In this document: positions 27,799 through 39,271 of the stretch, one piece after another
How the letters are laid out: every line of letters begins with the position of its first letter
Numbering within the stretch: the first letter of the stretch is position 1
Made by a program: the position numbers and the translations under genes
Notes under the pieces: generated by a model
What the model saw: the letters and a program-made list of their open reading frames with translations, nothing else
Told to the model about the DNA's origin: nothing
Databases searched by the model: none
Origin: Myxococcota bacterium
Lineage (GTDB): Bacteria > Myxococcota_A > UBA796 > CAJQPC01
NCBI GenBank assembly: GCA_036229005.1
Contig: JAZAMN010000024.1
Coordinates: forward strand, 1 to 64,000
Reading direction: 5' to 3'
DNA length: 64,000 nt

Positions 27799-28227
27799 GT
27801 GCGCGCCATGTTCCTGACCCTCGTGACCCTCGCGCACGCCTCCAGCAGCTACCCCGGGGTGGTCGCTGAGGAGCTCTCCGTCGACACCCCCGCCTGCACC
27901 CTCTGCCACGAGGGTGCGCCGACCATCGGCACCGTGACCACCCCCTTTGGCGCCGCGCTCATGGACCTGGGGCTCACCGCCCAGGACGACGCCACCCTCG
28001 CGGAGGTGCTGGCCGAGCTCGAGGCGGAGGGCACGGACTCCGACGGGGACGGCGTCGGCGACATCCAGGAGCTGCTGGACGGCAGCGATCCCAACAGCTC
28101 TGGGGCCACCATCACCCCGGTCTATGGCTGCGTCGGATCCACCCGCCCCGGGGGGCCCGTCGGAATGGCCGCCTTGCTCTCTTTGGCGCTTGTCTGGGGA
28201 TTCTCGCGCGCTCGCCCGCTGGAGTGA
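27799..28227 (+). CDS. Small exported CxxCH protein with DSDGDG Ca-binding repeat and MYXO-CTERM-like tail
   Basis: CTLCH, TPFG, DSDGDGVGDIQEL..G.DPN, YGC + TM; ATG at 27808 is an alternative start. Confidence 0.7.
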   Translation: MRAMFLTLVTLAHASSSYPGVVAEELSVDTPACTLCHEGAPTIGTVTTPFGAALMDLGLTAQDDATLAEVLAELEAEGTDSDGDGVGDIQELLDGSDPNSSGATITPVYGCVGSTRPGGPVGMAALLSLALVWGFSRARPLE

Positions 28228-28252
28228 TAGCAGGGGAGCTCAGGAGGCCTCC

Positions 28253-29077
28253 ATGCGACACCTGCTCCCCACCACCCTGGGATTGACCCTGTTTCTCGGC
28301 CTGGCCTGCGGCGGCAACCCCGGCCCCGAGGACACCTGGGTGCTGGCGGATGACAGCCGCCCGATCGGTGGCGACGACAGCGGCTCCGGCGGGGACGACA
28401 CCGGCGAGTCCACCAGCCAGTGGGTGGGCAGTAGCTGGATCATGGACGTCCAGGCCGGCACTTTCGCCGAGCCCGCCGGTGTGGGCTCGGTGCTCGCCAG
28501 CTACCTCGAGGCCGAGCCGATGCTCTTCGAGATCACCCAGAGCCAGCAGGGCAGCGTCAACCTGCGGGTCGGCGGCTCCACGGGGGGAGAGCAGGACACC
28601 TGCGTGCTCACCGAGGTGGAGCTGGCCGACGTGAGCGGCAGCCGGGTCTCGGTCAGTGACGAGGTGAGGGTGTTTGCCCTCGAAGGGGCTGAGCTCACCC
28701 TCGAGGACTTCCGTCTCAGCGGCACCCTCAACAGCTCTGGCTGGAGCGAGGTCACCCTGGAGGCCGATCTGGATACCCGCCCCCTGGGCGTGCTGGTGGA
28801 CGAGAGCGGCGACCCTGGGGCCCTCTGCGAGCTCATGGTGGGCTTCGGCGCCACCTGCGAGCCCTGCGCCGACGGCACCCCCTACTGCCTGCCCCTCCTG
28901 GTCGAGGACATCCCGGTCGAGGCCTTCGCGCCCGGGGTGGAGACCATCTCCGACTGCGGGGACTGCTGGGGCGAGTGCCGGGAGCTGGGCTGCGCCACGG
29001 GCCCGCGCCAGGGTGGGCTGGCCCTGGGCCTGGGGCTCTTTGGCCTGATCGCCTTGGGCCGTCGGCGACGAAGCTGA
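28253..29077 (+). CDS. Cys-containing lipoprotein with MYXO-CTERM-like tail
   Basis: AGGAGG SD; lipobox GLAC; C..C.DG..YC segment; GCAT + TM + RRRR. Confidence 0.8.
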   Translation: MRHLLPTTLGLTLFLGLACGGNPGPEDTWVLADDSRPIGGDDSGSGGDDTGESTSQWVGSSWIMDVQAGTFAEPAGVGSVLASYLEAEPMLFEITQSQQGSVNLRVGGSTGGEQDTCVLTEVELADVSGSRVSVSDEVRVFALEGAELTLEDFRLSGTLNSSGWSEVTLEADLDTRPLGVLVDESGDPGALCELMVGFGATCEPCADGTPYCLPLLVEDIPVEAFAPGVETISDCGDCWGECRELGCATGPRQGGLALGLGLFGLIALGRRRRS

Positions 29078-29165
29078 GGTCCCAGGCAAGGAACGGTCAC
29101 CTCTGGCCGGCCACCGAGCGCAGAGGTTAGCTACTGACTGAATGGTCATTCAGTTGGGAGCGCCC

Positions 29166-31178
29166 ATGTCCGACAGCCCCTATCCCCACCTCCTCTCCCC
29201 CCTGCAGGTGGGCAGCGTCACCCTCCCCAACCGCGTGCTCATGGGCTCCATGCACGTGGGAATGGAGGAGGACCGGGACTACGGACGCATGGCCGCCTAC
29301 TTTGCCCGTCGGGCCGAGGGAGGGGTCGGGTTGATGGTCACCGGCGGCATCGCGCCCAACCGCGCCGGCTGGCTCAAGCCCCTGGCCGCCAAGATGTCCA
29401 ACCGGATCGAGGTCCGGCGCCACCGCACCCTGACCGAGGCCGTGCACCAGGCCGGCGGGCGCATCGCGATGCAGATCCTGCACGCCGGCCGCTACGGCTA
29501 CCACCCCTTCCAGGTCGCGCCCTCGCGCATCCAGGCGCCGATCAACCCCTTCACGCCCTTCGCCCTGAGCGGCCGGGGGGTCGAGAAGACCATCGAGAAC
29601 TTCGTGCGCACCGCCTCGCTGGCCCAGGAAGCCGGCTACGACGGCGTCGAGATCATGGGCAGCGAGGGCTACCTGATCAACCAGTTCATCGTGCAGCACA
29701 CCAACCACCGGGACGACGCCTGGGGCGGCAGCTACGAGAACCGCATCCGCTTCCCCCTGGAGATCGTGCGCCGCACCCGGGCAGAGGTCGGCCCAGACTT
29801 CATCCTGATCTTCCGGATCAGCCTGCTGGATCTGATCCCCAACGGCTCCACCTGGGAGGAGGTCGTGCAACTCGCCCAGGAGCTGGAGAAGGCGGGCGTC
29901 TCCATCCTGAACACGGGCATCGGCTGGCACGAGGCGCGGGTCCCCACCATCGCCACGTCCGTGCCTCGGGCGGCCTTCACCTGGGTCACCCGCAAGCTGC
30001 GCGGCGAGGTCTCGGTGCCCGTGATCACCTCCAACCGCATCAACACCCCCGAGGTCGCCGAAGAGGTGCTGGAGCGCGGTGACGCCGACATGGTCTCCAT
30101 GGCCCGCCCTTTCCTGGCGGACCCCGACTTTGTGAAGAAGGCGGCCGCCGGCGCGCCCCAGAGCATCAACACCTGCATCGGCTGCAACCAGGCCTGCCTG
30201 GACCACATCTTCTCCAACAAGCAGGCCACCTGCCTGGTCAACCCGCGGGCTTGCTACGAGACGGAGATCCCCACTGAGTCCAATACCAAGGGCCGCAAGG
30301 TCGCGGTGGTGGGCGCGGGCCCCGGGGGGCTCTCCGCCGCCTGTGAGGCCGCCGAGATGGGGCACGAGGTCACCCTCTTCGAGGCCCAGGGGCGCATCGG
30401 CGGGCAGTTCCTGCTGGCCAAGGAGATCCCCGGGAAGGACGAGTTCAACGAGACGCTGCGCTACTTTGGCCAGCGCCTGGAGCGCGCGGGGGTCACGCTC
30501 AAGCTCAACACCCGGGCGGACACCGAGGCCCTCAAGGCCTTTGACGTGGTCATCCTGGCCACCGGCGTGAAGCCCCGGGAGCTCAGCTTCCCCGGTGCGG
30601 ACCACGCCAAGGTGCTCAGCTACCTGCAGGTGCTGCGCGGCGCCCCGGTCGGGGAGCGCGTTGCCATCATCGGCGCGGGCGGCATCGGCTTTGACGTGGC
30701 CGAGTTCCTGAGCCACACCGACACCCGCGAGCCCGAGCTGGAGGCCTTCCTGGCCGAGTGGGGCATCGACGGGGAGCACACCCGCCGCGGCGGCCTGGCC
30801 GAGCCTCGGCAGCCCAAGGTCGCCCGCAAGCTCACGCTGATGCAGCGGAGCAAGGGCAAGCCGGGCGCCAAGCTGGGCAAGACCACCGGCTGGATCCACC
30901 GCGCGACGCTCAAGCAGCGCGGCGTGGAGATGCTCTCGGAGGTCGCCTACGAGAAGGTCGATGACGCGGGCCTGCACATCACGGTCGCCGGCAAGCCCCG
31001 GGTCCTGGAGGTGGACCATGTCGTCGTCTGCGCTGGGCAGACCTCTTTCGCCCCCTTGGCCGAGCCACTCAGCAGCGCGGGTGTCCAAGTCGAGGTCATC
31101 GGTGGCGCGAAGCTGGCCGCGGAGCTGGATGCGCGCCGGGCCATCCGCGAGGGGATGGAGGCCGCCCTGAGGATCTGA
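29166..31178 (+). CDS. fadH: NADPH-dependent 2,4-dienoyl-CoA reductase
   Basis: NRVLMGSMH.G, QILHAGRY, GSEGYLINQF, GWHEARVPTIAT, CIGCNQACLDH, GKTTGWIHR. Confidence 0.96.
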   Translation: MSDSPYPHLLSPLQVGSVTLPNRVLMGSMHVGMEEDRDYGRMAAYFARRAEGGVGLMVTGGIAPNRAGWLKPLAAKMSNRIEVRRHRTLTEAVHQAGGRIAMQILHAGRYGYHPFQVAPSRIQAPINPFTPFALSGRGVEKTIENFVRTASLAQEAGYDGVEIMGSEGYLINQFIVQHTNHRDDAWGGSYENRIRFPLEIVRRTRAEVGPDFILIFRISLLDLIPNGSTWEEVVQLAQELEKAGVSILNTGIGWHEARVPTIATSVPRAAFTWVTRKLRGEVSVPVITSNRINTPEVAEEVLERGDADMVSMARPFLADPDFVKKAAAGAPQSINTCIGCNQACLDHIFSNKQATCLVNPRACYETEIPTESNTKGRKVAVVGAGPGGLSAACEAAEMGHEVTLFEAQGRIGGQFLLAKEIPGKDEFNETLRYFGQRLERAGVTLKLNTRADTEALKAFDVVILATGVKPRELSFPGADHAKVLSYLQVLRGAPVGERVAIIGAGGIGFDVAEFLSHTDTREPELEAFLAEWGIDGEHTRRGGLAEPRQPKVARKLTLMQRSKGKPGAKLGKTTGWIHRATLKQRGVEMLSEVAYEKVDDAGLHITVAGKPRVLEVDHVVVCAGQTSFAPLAEPLSSAGVQVEVIGGAKLAAELDARRAIREGMEAALRI

Positions 31179-31195
31179 GCCCTGCGCGGGCTCAG
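31175..31195. terminator. Hairpin at fadH stop between convergent genes
   Basis: CTGAGCCC-tgcgc-GGGCTCAG perfect 8-bp stem. Confidence 0.45.
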
Positions 31196-31226
31196 TCGGC
31201 ACCCCTCAAGGGCGGCCTCGCGGCGC

Positions 31227-33175
<1,949 letters not shown>

Positions 33176-33179
<4 letters not shown>

Positions 33180-33547
33180 GGGGTCTCTCCTTGCTGGCCC
33201 GGCTCCGGGAGCTCGCAGATCTCGGAGCGGGTGATGAAGCGTACGCCGTGGGGGGCCTCCAAGGAGAAGCCCGCGCCGCGTCCGGGTACGAGGTCAATCG
33301 TGAGGGTGGTGTGGGACCAGGTCGCCCACTGGGTCTTGTCGATGTAGACCGGCGTCCCTTCGATCTCGCCCAGCAGCACATCGCGCGGGCTGAGGATGAA
33401 GTCGCCTTGGGGGTAGCACATGGGTGCTGAGCCGTCGCAGCACCCGCCGGACTGGTGGAACATCAGGGGGCCGTGCTGCGCGGTGAGCGCGCGGATCATG
33501 TCGATGGCGTCGGCGGTGGCCTTCACGCGGTCGAGGGGCTCGGACAC
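33176..33547 (-). CDS. DUF779 family protein
   Basis: HGPLMFHQSGGCCDGSAPMCYP, GRGAGFSLE; start placed at GTG 33547. Confidence 0.9.
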
Positions 33548-33580
33548 GGGGGGCTCCAGTCTGGGGGGGCAGAGGGGCGA

Positions 33581-33614
33581 CAGCCCCACCCCGCGCGGTG
33601 GCGAGGTGGGGCTG
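33581..33614. terminator. Intra-operon stem-loop after aldehyde dehydrogenase
   Basis: CAGCCCCACC...GGTGGGGCTG perfect 10-bp stem. Confidence 0.5.
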
Positions 33615-33629
33615 CAGGGGCGCTGTGGC

Positions 33630-35150
33630 CTAGAAGAAGCCGAGCTTGTTCTCGTCGTAGGACGCCAGGATGTTCTTGGTCTGCTGGTAGTGGTTCAGCA
33701 TCATCAGGTGGGTCTCACGGCCGATGCCGGACTGCTTGTAGCCACCGAAGGCCGCGTGGGCGGGGTAGAGGTGGTAGCAGTTCTGCCAGACGCGACCGGC
33801 CTGGATGGCGCGACCGGCCTTGTAGGCGAAGTTCACGTTGCGGGACCACACGCCGGCGCCCAGCCCGTAGAGGGTGTCGTTGGCGATGTCGATGGCTTGG
33901 TTGTAGTCGGAGAAGCGGGTCACGGAGACGACGGGACCGAAGATCTCCTCCTGGAAGATCCGCATCTTGTTGTGGCCGGTGAAGATGGTGGGCTGGACGT
34001 AGTAGCCGCCCGCCAGATCGCCACCCAGGTCGGCACGGGCGCCGCCGGTCAGGCACTCCGCGCCCTCCTGCTTGCCGATGTCGATGTAGGAGAGGATCTT
34101 CTCAAGCTGGTCGTTGGAGGCCTGGGCGCCCATCATGACCGTGGGGTCCAGGGGGTTGCCCATCTTGATGGCCTTGGTGCGGGCCACGGCGGCGTCCATG
34201 AACTCGGAGAAGATGGAGTCCTGGATCAGCGCGCGGGAGGGACAGGTACAGACCTCACCCTGGTTCAGGGCGAAGAGGGTGAAGCCCTCCAGGGCCTTGT
34301 CGCGGAAGGCGTCGTCGGCGGACCAGACGTCCTCGAAGAACACGTTGGGGGACTTGCCGCCCAGCTCCAGGGTCACGGGGATCAGGTTCGCGGATGCGTA
34401 CTGCATGATCAGGCGGCCGGTGGTGGTCTCACCGGTGAAGGCCACCTTGGCGACGCGGTCGGACTGCGCCAGGGGCTTGCCGGCCTCCAGACCGAAGCCG
34501 TTGACCACGTTGAGCACGCCGGCGGGGAAGAGGTCGCCGATCAGCTCCATGAGCACCAGGATGCTGGCGGGGGTCTGCTCCGCGGGCTTCATGATGACGC
34601 AGTTGCCGGCGGCCAGAGCGGGGGCCAGCTTCCAGGCGGCCATCAGCAGGGGGAAGTTCCAGGGGATGATCTGAGCGACCACGCCCAGGGGCTCGTGGAA
34701 GTGGTACGCCACGGTGTTCTCGTCGAGCACGCCGGTCTGGCTCTGCTGCGCGCGGATGGCGGACGCGAAGTAGCGGAAGTGGTCCACGGTCAGGGGTAGG
34801 TCGGCGGCGAGGGTCTCGCGCACGGCCTTGCCGTTGTCCCAGGTCTCGGCCACAGCGAGCATCTCGAGGTTGGCCTCGATGACGTCAGCCACCTTGTTCA
34901 GGATGGCGGCGCGCTCGCCGACGGAGGTGCGGGCCCAGGCGGGGAAGGCGGCGTGGGCGGCGTCCAGTGCCTTGTCGATGTCCTCGCTGGTGGAGCGCGG
35001 GATCTCGCAGAAGGGCTTGCCGTTCACCGGGCTGATGTCTTCGAAGTACTGGCCCTTGACCGGGGCGACCCACTCGCCGCCGATGTAGTTCCCGTAGCGG
35101 GACTTGAAGTTGATCAGAGCGCCTTCGGTGTTGGGATTCTTGTAGGTCAT
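33630..35150 (-). CDS. aldB: NAD-dependent acetaldehyde dehydrogenase (AldB/ExaC/AcoD type)
   Basis: [40 protein letters not shown], ends LGFF; start moved to MTYKNPN. Confidence 0.93.
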   Translation of the reverse strand: MTYKNPNTEGALINFKSRYGNYIGGEWVAPVKGQYFEDISPVNGKPFCEIPRSTSEDIDKALDAAHAAFPAWARTSVGERAAILNKVADVIEANLEMLAVAETWDNGKAVRETLAADLPLTVDHFRYFASAIRAQQSQTGVLDENTVAYHFHEPLGVVAQIIPWNFPLLMAAWKLAPALAAGNCVIMKPAEQTPASILVLMELIGDLFPAGVLNVVNGFGLEAGKPLAQSDRVAKVAFTGETTTGRLIMQYASANLIPVTLELGGKSPNVFFEDVWSADDAFRDKALEGFTLFALNQGEVCTCPSRALIQDSIFSEFMDAAVARTKAIKMGNPLDPTVMMGAQASNDQLEKILSYIDIGKQEGAECLTGGARADLGGDLAGGYYVQPTIFTGHNKMRIFQEEIFGPVVSVTRFSDYNQAIDIANDTLYGLGAGVWSRNVNFAYKAGRAIQAGRVWQNCYHLYPAHAAFGGYKQSGIGRETHLMMLNHYQQTKNILASYDENKLGFF

Positions 35151-35184
35151 TTCCGACTCCAGTTGGGTTGTGCGCTGTCGATAC

Positions 35185-35201
35185 AGCAAGAAGCGGGCCG
35201 A
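35185..35201 (-). promoter_or_regulatory. Sigma54 -24/-12 promoter of aldB operon
   Basis: Minus strand TCGGCCCGCTTCTTGCT (GG-N10-GC with TTGC); divergent sigma54 activator. Confidence 0.75.
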
Positions 35202-35230
35202 CTTCGCAGAGGCGCTCAGTGCGTCGATCC

Positions 35231-35291
35231 TGTGTCGGCGTGCGACACAAGTCACCGTTCGCTCACGGTACAGGTGTCTCAATACGCGACA
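35231..35291. promoter_or_regulatory. Putative AcoR upstream activator sites
   Basis: TGTGTCG-N5-CGACACA (35231-35249) and TGTCTC-N5-GCGACA (35275-35291); both fit TGT-N11-ACA. Confidence 0.6.
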
Positions 35292-35346
35292 GTGCGCTCT
35301 GTCTTTCGCACTTGTTGCCCCCCTCCCAATGGGGCAATGTTCACCT

Positions 35347-37263
35347 ATGAACTGGCTTGACCTGGAGCTCCAGGACATCGCGGAGTGGGAGCGCTTCTGG
35401 TCTTCACCCGAGGAGGCCAGGGGGCCCCTGCAGGAGAGATGGTTCCGCGCCGTCGCGGCTGGCGCGAGCCCTGATGGTCCGGCAGCGCTGCCTATCCTGA
35501 GCGAGGACAGGCTCAAGCTGCGCAAGGAGCGCCACGAGCCGGTGCTCCGCATGCTGGACGAGGTGCTGGGCGCCACGCTGGGGGCCTTCAACGCCCGCGA
35601 CTTCACCCTGCTGCTGGCCGACCCGCAGGGCGTGGTGCTGACCCGGCGCGCCGGGGGTGGCTTCGCGGAGCACGCCGAGCGCCTCAAGCTGCAGGAGGGT
35701 GCCTGGTGGGACGAGGCCACCCGCGGCACCAACGCGATCGGCACCGCCATCAAGGAGAAGCGCCCGGTGTCGGTGCTGGGGGCGGCGCACCTGGCCCGCC
35801 CCAACCACGGGCTGGTCTGCTACGCGGCGCCCATCCGGGATGCCTGGGGCGAGACGGTCGCCGTGCTGGACGCGACCTCGTTCGCGGACCGCGCCGACCC
35901 CTTGGCTTGCGTCGCGGTGCTCTCCGCGGTGCGGGCGTTGGAGGAGGGCCTGCGCCTGGCGGTCCTGGACAGCGCCCGGGGCTCCTTGGTCCAGCGCCTG
36001 CTGGGGCGCCTGCGGGATCCCGCGGTGCTGGTCACGGCGGACGGGCGGGTGGTGCTGGCCAACCAGGGCGCGGTGGCCAGCGGGCTGCAGCTCGGCCCCA
36101 GCCAGAGCCGGGGGGAGGTCCTGCGCGTGGGCGCCTACGCCCGGGACGTGCTGGAGGTCACCCCCGCGGAGCTGGAGGCGGCCGCTCGGGGACAGCTCAC
36201 CCTGCCCGGCCTCGAAGTGGAGGCGGTGGAGAGCGGGAGCCGGAATGCGGCGTACCTGGTGGTCCTCACCGCTGGGGGTCGGTCGGCCTCAGCGCGTCCT
36301 CGCCGGCACCAGGATCCCTTCGAGGAGTTGGTGGGGGAGGACCCCAGCTTCATGCGGTTGAGAGCCCATGCGCGGCAGGTGGCCCCCTCTTCCCTCCCGG
36401 TCCTGATCCTGGGCGAGACGGGCACCGGAAAGGAGCTGCTGGCCACGGCGATCCACAAGGCCTCCGACCGGGCCCAGGGCCCGCTGGTGCCGCTGAACTG
36501 CGCGGCACTGACTCCGTCGTTGCTGCAGTCGGAGCTCTTTGGCTACGCCCCCAATGCGTTCACCGGGGCGAGCCCCAAGGGGCGGGAGGGCCGCATCGCC
36601 AGCGCGCATCGGGGGACGCTGTTCCTGGACGAGCTGGCCGAGATGCCCAAGCCGCTCCAGGCCCTGCTGCTGCGCTTCCTGGAAGACGGCAGCTACTACC
36701 GGGTGGGCGAGCAGACCCCCCGAAAGGCAGACGTGCGGCTGATCTGCGCGACCTGCCGGGACCTGCCGGCGATGGTGGAGGCGGGGGAGTTCCGCGCGGA
36801 CCTGTTCTACCGGATCCGGGGCGCGGCCCTGGAGCTGCCCCCCCTTCGGGCGCGGGCGGATCGGGCGCTGCTCTGCCACGCCCTGCTGGAGCGACTGGCC
36901 CGCCAGCTCAAGCGCAGCCACGTACCGATGCTCAGCCCGGCGGCCCAGGACCGCATCGACCAGGCCCCCTGGCCGGGCAACACGCGCGAGCTGCACATGG
37001 CGCTTCACCACGCGCTGGTGCTGGCGGGGGACAGCCGGGTCATCGAGCCCTGGCACCTGCCCGCGACCCTGAATCCCTCCCACAAGGCGCTGGGCAGCAC
37101 GGTGCCTCCCGAGCCCTCACTGGCAGAGGCGGAAGCGGGGGCGCTGCGCCGCGCGCTGGAGGAGGCCGCCGGCAACATCAGCCAGGCCGCTCGGCGCCTG
37201 GGGGTGGCCCGCAGCACGGTCTACCGGATGATGAAGAAGCACGGTCTGGGCGACGACGGCTGA
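35347..37263 (+). CDS. acoR: GAF-domain sigma54-dependent activator (AcoR family)
   Basis: W.E...[51 protein letters not shown]; Fis HTH. Confidence 0.9.
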   Translation: MNWLDLELQDIAEWERFWSSPEEARGPLQERWFRAVAAGASPDGPAALPILSEDRLKLRKERHEPVLRMLDEVLGATLGAFNARDFTLLLADPQGVVLTRRAGGGFAEHAERLKLQEGAWWDEATRGTNAIGTAIKEKRPVSVLGAAHLARPNHGLVCYAAPIRDAWGETVAVLDATSFADRADPLACVAVLSAVRALEEGLRLAVLDSARGSLVQRLLGRLRDPAVLVTADGRVVLANQGAVASGLQLGPSQSRGEVLRVGAYARDVLEVTPAELEAAARGQLTLPGLEVEAVESGSRNAAYLVVLTAGGRSASARPRRHQDPFEELVGEDPSFMRLRAHARQVAPSSLPVLILGETGTGKELLATAIHKASDRAQGPLVPLNCAALTPSLLQSELFGYAPNAFTGASPKGREGRIASAHRGTLFLDELAEMPKPLQALLLRFLEDGSYYRVGEQTPRKADVRLICATCRDLPAMVEAGEFRADLFYRIRGAALELPPLRARADRALLCHALLERLARQLKRSHVPMLSPAAQDRIDQAPWPGNTRELHMALHHALVLAGDSRVIEPWHLPATLNPSHKALGSTVPPEPSLAEAEAGALRRALEEAAGNISQAARRLGVARSTVYRMMKKHGLGDDG

Positions 37264-37312
37264 CAGGGGCCGCGGAACCCAATAGACGCCGCGCCGCACA
37301 CAGGAGCGCGCG

Positions 37313-37732
37313 ATGCCCGTCTACGCCATGAAGGTCACCAACAAGTCCGCCCACGAGAAGACCGATCAGCTCTTCATCTACACCTTCGAGAGCCCCGAGC
37401 AGGGCACTCGCACTATCGTCGCGAACCTGACCAACACCTACGAGGTGGGCGACGTGGCCGGCATCGCCATCGAGGGCACCGTGCTCCCCGGCGTGGTGAT
37501 CAAGCCCCGCAAGGTCTACGGAATCCACTCCGAGGGCATGGCCATGGGCAAGGTGGACGCCGAGCTCGACGCCGACCTGACCGAGCACTTTGACGCCGAC
37601 CGCGGCCCCCGCCCCTTCACGGTGACCTACACCGTCACCGTGGACGCCCCCTACGCCGAGGACGCCGAGAAGGTCGCTGCCAAGGCGATCGGCAAGGGCC
37701 AGGGCAAGGTCGAGAGCGTGGTCGAGGCCTGA
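37313..37732 (+). CDS. Stand-alone tRNA-binding OB-fold (PheT-B2/Trbp111-like) protein
   Basis: H...DQL, TIVAN, VGD...A..GTVLP..IK.RKVYGI.SEGM; AGGAG SD. Confidence 0.65.
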   Translation: MPVYAMKVTNKSAHEKTDQLFIYTFESPEQGTRTIVANLTNTYEVGDVAGIAIEGTVLPGVVIKPRKVYGIHSEGMAMGKVDAELDADLTEHFDADRGPRPFTVTYTVTVDAPYAEDAEKVAAKAIGKGQGKVESVVEA

Positions 37733-37775
37733 GGCTCACCTGGGGCCGCTCCGGGAGTCTTGGGGGGCTCTCGGG

Positions 37776-38087
37776 GGGCATCCGGGGTTGAACGCCCGGG
37801 ATTGCTGGGCATGTGGGGTTGAACGCCCGGGATTGCGGGGCAACCGGGGTTGAACGCCCGGGATTGCTGGGCATGTGGGGTTGAACGCCCGGGATTGCTG
37901 GGCATGTGGGGGCGAACGCCCGGATCTGAGGGGGATTCGGGGTGGAGTCGGCGATCTCTGCGTCGAAACCGGGCGTTCAGGGGTGGATGCCCGGCAGCGG
38001 CGGGCGTTCGGGGGTGGATGCCCGGCAGCGGCGGGCGTTCGGGGGTGGATGCCCGGCGGCGGCGTGCGTTCGGGGGGCGATGCCCGG
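37776..38087. repeat. Left composite REP/REPIN-like array: 5 x 31-bp unit A, ~45-bp spacer, 4 x 31-bp unit B (inverted core)
   Basis: A=GGGCATGTGGGGTTGAACGCCCGGGATTGCT at 37776, 37807, 37838, 37869, 37900; B=CGGGCGTTCGGGGGTGGATGCCCGGCAGCGG at 37970, 38001, 38032, 38063. Confidence 0.92.
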
Positions 38088-38088
38088 C

Positions 38089-38889
38089 TCAGTCGGGCCT
38101 TTGGCGCGCGTTCCAACTGCTCCGAAGCACCCAGTGCCCCGGGCCGGCCAGGATCCCGGGGAAGCGTTCGTCGCCGGCCAGGCGTTCGACCAGCTCGAGG
38201 CTGCGGGGGCTCGCTGGACGCAGGCGTCGGATGGTGGTCGGGTTCACCCCCACCAAGGAGGCGGTCTCGATTGGGGAGAGCCCCCCGATGCTCTGGAGGG
38301 CTTGCATCCACAGCGTCCGCGCGGGGCCACGCTGATGGAGCTCGTACAGGGGAGTTCGGAGCAGCTCCGAGCAAGCGGCTTGGAGGTCCATCAGCGAGGG
38401 CTGTCCTCCCACTGTCGGCAGGTCCGTGCCGCCCACCTGCACGCTGGGGTCACCGCTCACGTAGGCGTGGAGCCGGTGGGGATCGGCGTCCGGCCTGCGG
38501 AGCGGCCGGAGTGAGAGGCCCAGGGCGTCCCGGTAGTTCGACCAGGGCCAGGCCAGCGGGTCGTTGACCAGGCCGGCCCGGCAAGGGTTCAGGTAGATGT
38601 AGCGAGCCTCCCGGCGTCGCTTCTGGGCGGTCTCACTGTGCTTTGGGCGTGGCAGGGGCTCCAGGCGGATGGGCGTCCGCCTGCGATTCACGCTGCGCAG
38701 GTGACCTGCCAGGATCTGCGCCACCCGCGTCCGCTGGTCCTGTGGGTGGAGCAGGTGGATGTGGTTCGGCATCAGGCAGGCCGCCTGGGCTCCCTGCAGC
38801 ACAGGGAGCATTCGGGTCCAGAGCGCTTGGGCCTCCTCCCAGGTGTGAAAGAGGAGACCGGACTGAGTGCGTGCGACTTGGTGGTACAT
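38089..38889 (-). CDS. REP-associated tyrosine (HUH/Y1) transposase RAYT with C-terminal HTH
   Basis: MYHQVAR, CLMPNHIHLL (HUH), YIYLNPCRAGLV.DP..WPWSNY; C-terminal LSPIETASLVGVNPTTIRR. Confidence 0.88.
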   Translation of the reverse strand: MYHQVARTQSGLLFHTWEEAQALWTRMLPVLQGAQAACLMPNHIHLLHPQDQRTRVAQILAGHLRSVNRRRTPIRLEPLPRPKHSETAQKRRREARYIYLNPCRAGLVNDPLAWPWSNYRDALGLSLRPLRRPDADPHRLHAYVSGDPSVQVGGTDLPTVGGQPSLMDLQAACSELLRTPLYELHQRGPARTLWMQALQSIGGLSPIETASLVGVNPTTIRRLRPASPRSLELVERLAGDERFPGILAGPGHWVLRSSWNARQRPD

Positions 38890-38969
38890 GCCCCGGAGCG
38901 TCAGCAAGACCCGGGCCAGCGACTGGAGCCCGATGAATTGGGCATCCTTGGCGCGCTGGCTGTGGTGAC

Positions 38970-39011
38970 TGTCGAAGCTCCGACAGGGGGTGTCCGAGAT
39001 TCGACAGGGGG
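38970..39011. promoter_or_regulatory. Tandem 21-bp palindromic boxes upstream of RAYT
   Basis: TGTCGAAGCTCCGACAGGGGG followed by TGTCCGAGATTCGACAGGGGG (TGTC-N8-GACA twice). Confidence 0.5.
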
Positions 39012-39255
39012 CATGTGGGGGCCAACGCCCGGGATTCTCGGGCATGTGGGGGCCAACGCCCGGGGTTCTCGGGCATGTGGGGGCCAACGCCCGGAATTCG
39101 CGGGCATGTAGGGTCGAACGCCCGGATTCGAGGGAGTCTGGGCTGAAATCGGCGGTCTGCGCGTCGAAATCGGGCGTTCAGGGTCGGATGCCCGGCCTCG
39201 GCGGGCGTTCAGGGTCGGATGCCCGGCCCCGGCGGGCGTTCAGGGTCGGATGCCC
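39009..39255. repeat. Right composite REP/REPIN-like array: 4 x unit A, spacer, 3 x unit B
   Basis: A'=GGGCATGTGGGGGCCAACGCCCGGGATTCTC at 39009, 39040, 39071, 39102; B'=CGGGCGTTCAGGGTCGGATGCCCGGCCTCGG at 39171, 39202, 39233. Confidence 0.92.
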
Positions 39256-39271
39256 CGGGCTCGAGCCCGCC

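Larger units (their letters stand above)
37776..39255 (-). mobile_element. REPtron-like locus (RAYT flanked by REP arrays)
   Basis: RAYT gene bracketed by two arrays sharing the same A-spacer-B architecture. Confidence 0.75.

Noticed and set aside
35150..35804. Apparent overlap of aldB and acoR ORFs
   Set aside because: ORF-track starts are too far upstream; true starts at 35150 and 35347 leave a divergent promoter region
37635..39107. ORFs translated through the repeats (37635-37905, 37736-38374, 37850-38567) and the 66-aa N-terminal extension of the RAYT ORF
   Set aside because: Repeat-derived periodic peptides; RAYT homology begins at MYHQVAR (38889)
37776..39255. CRISPR array or TIGR-like guide array (conserved boxes alternating with ~8-nt variable segments)
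   Set aside because: Variable segments are near-identical within each block rather than unique spacers, no cas or Nop-domain gene is present, and the adjacent RAYT explains the repeats as REP-like
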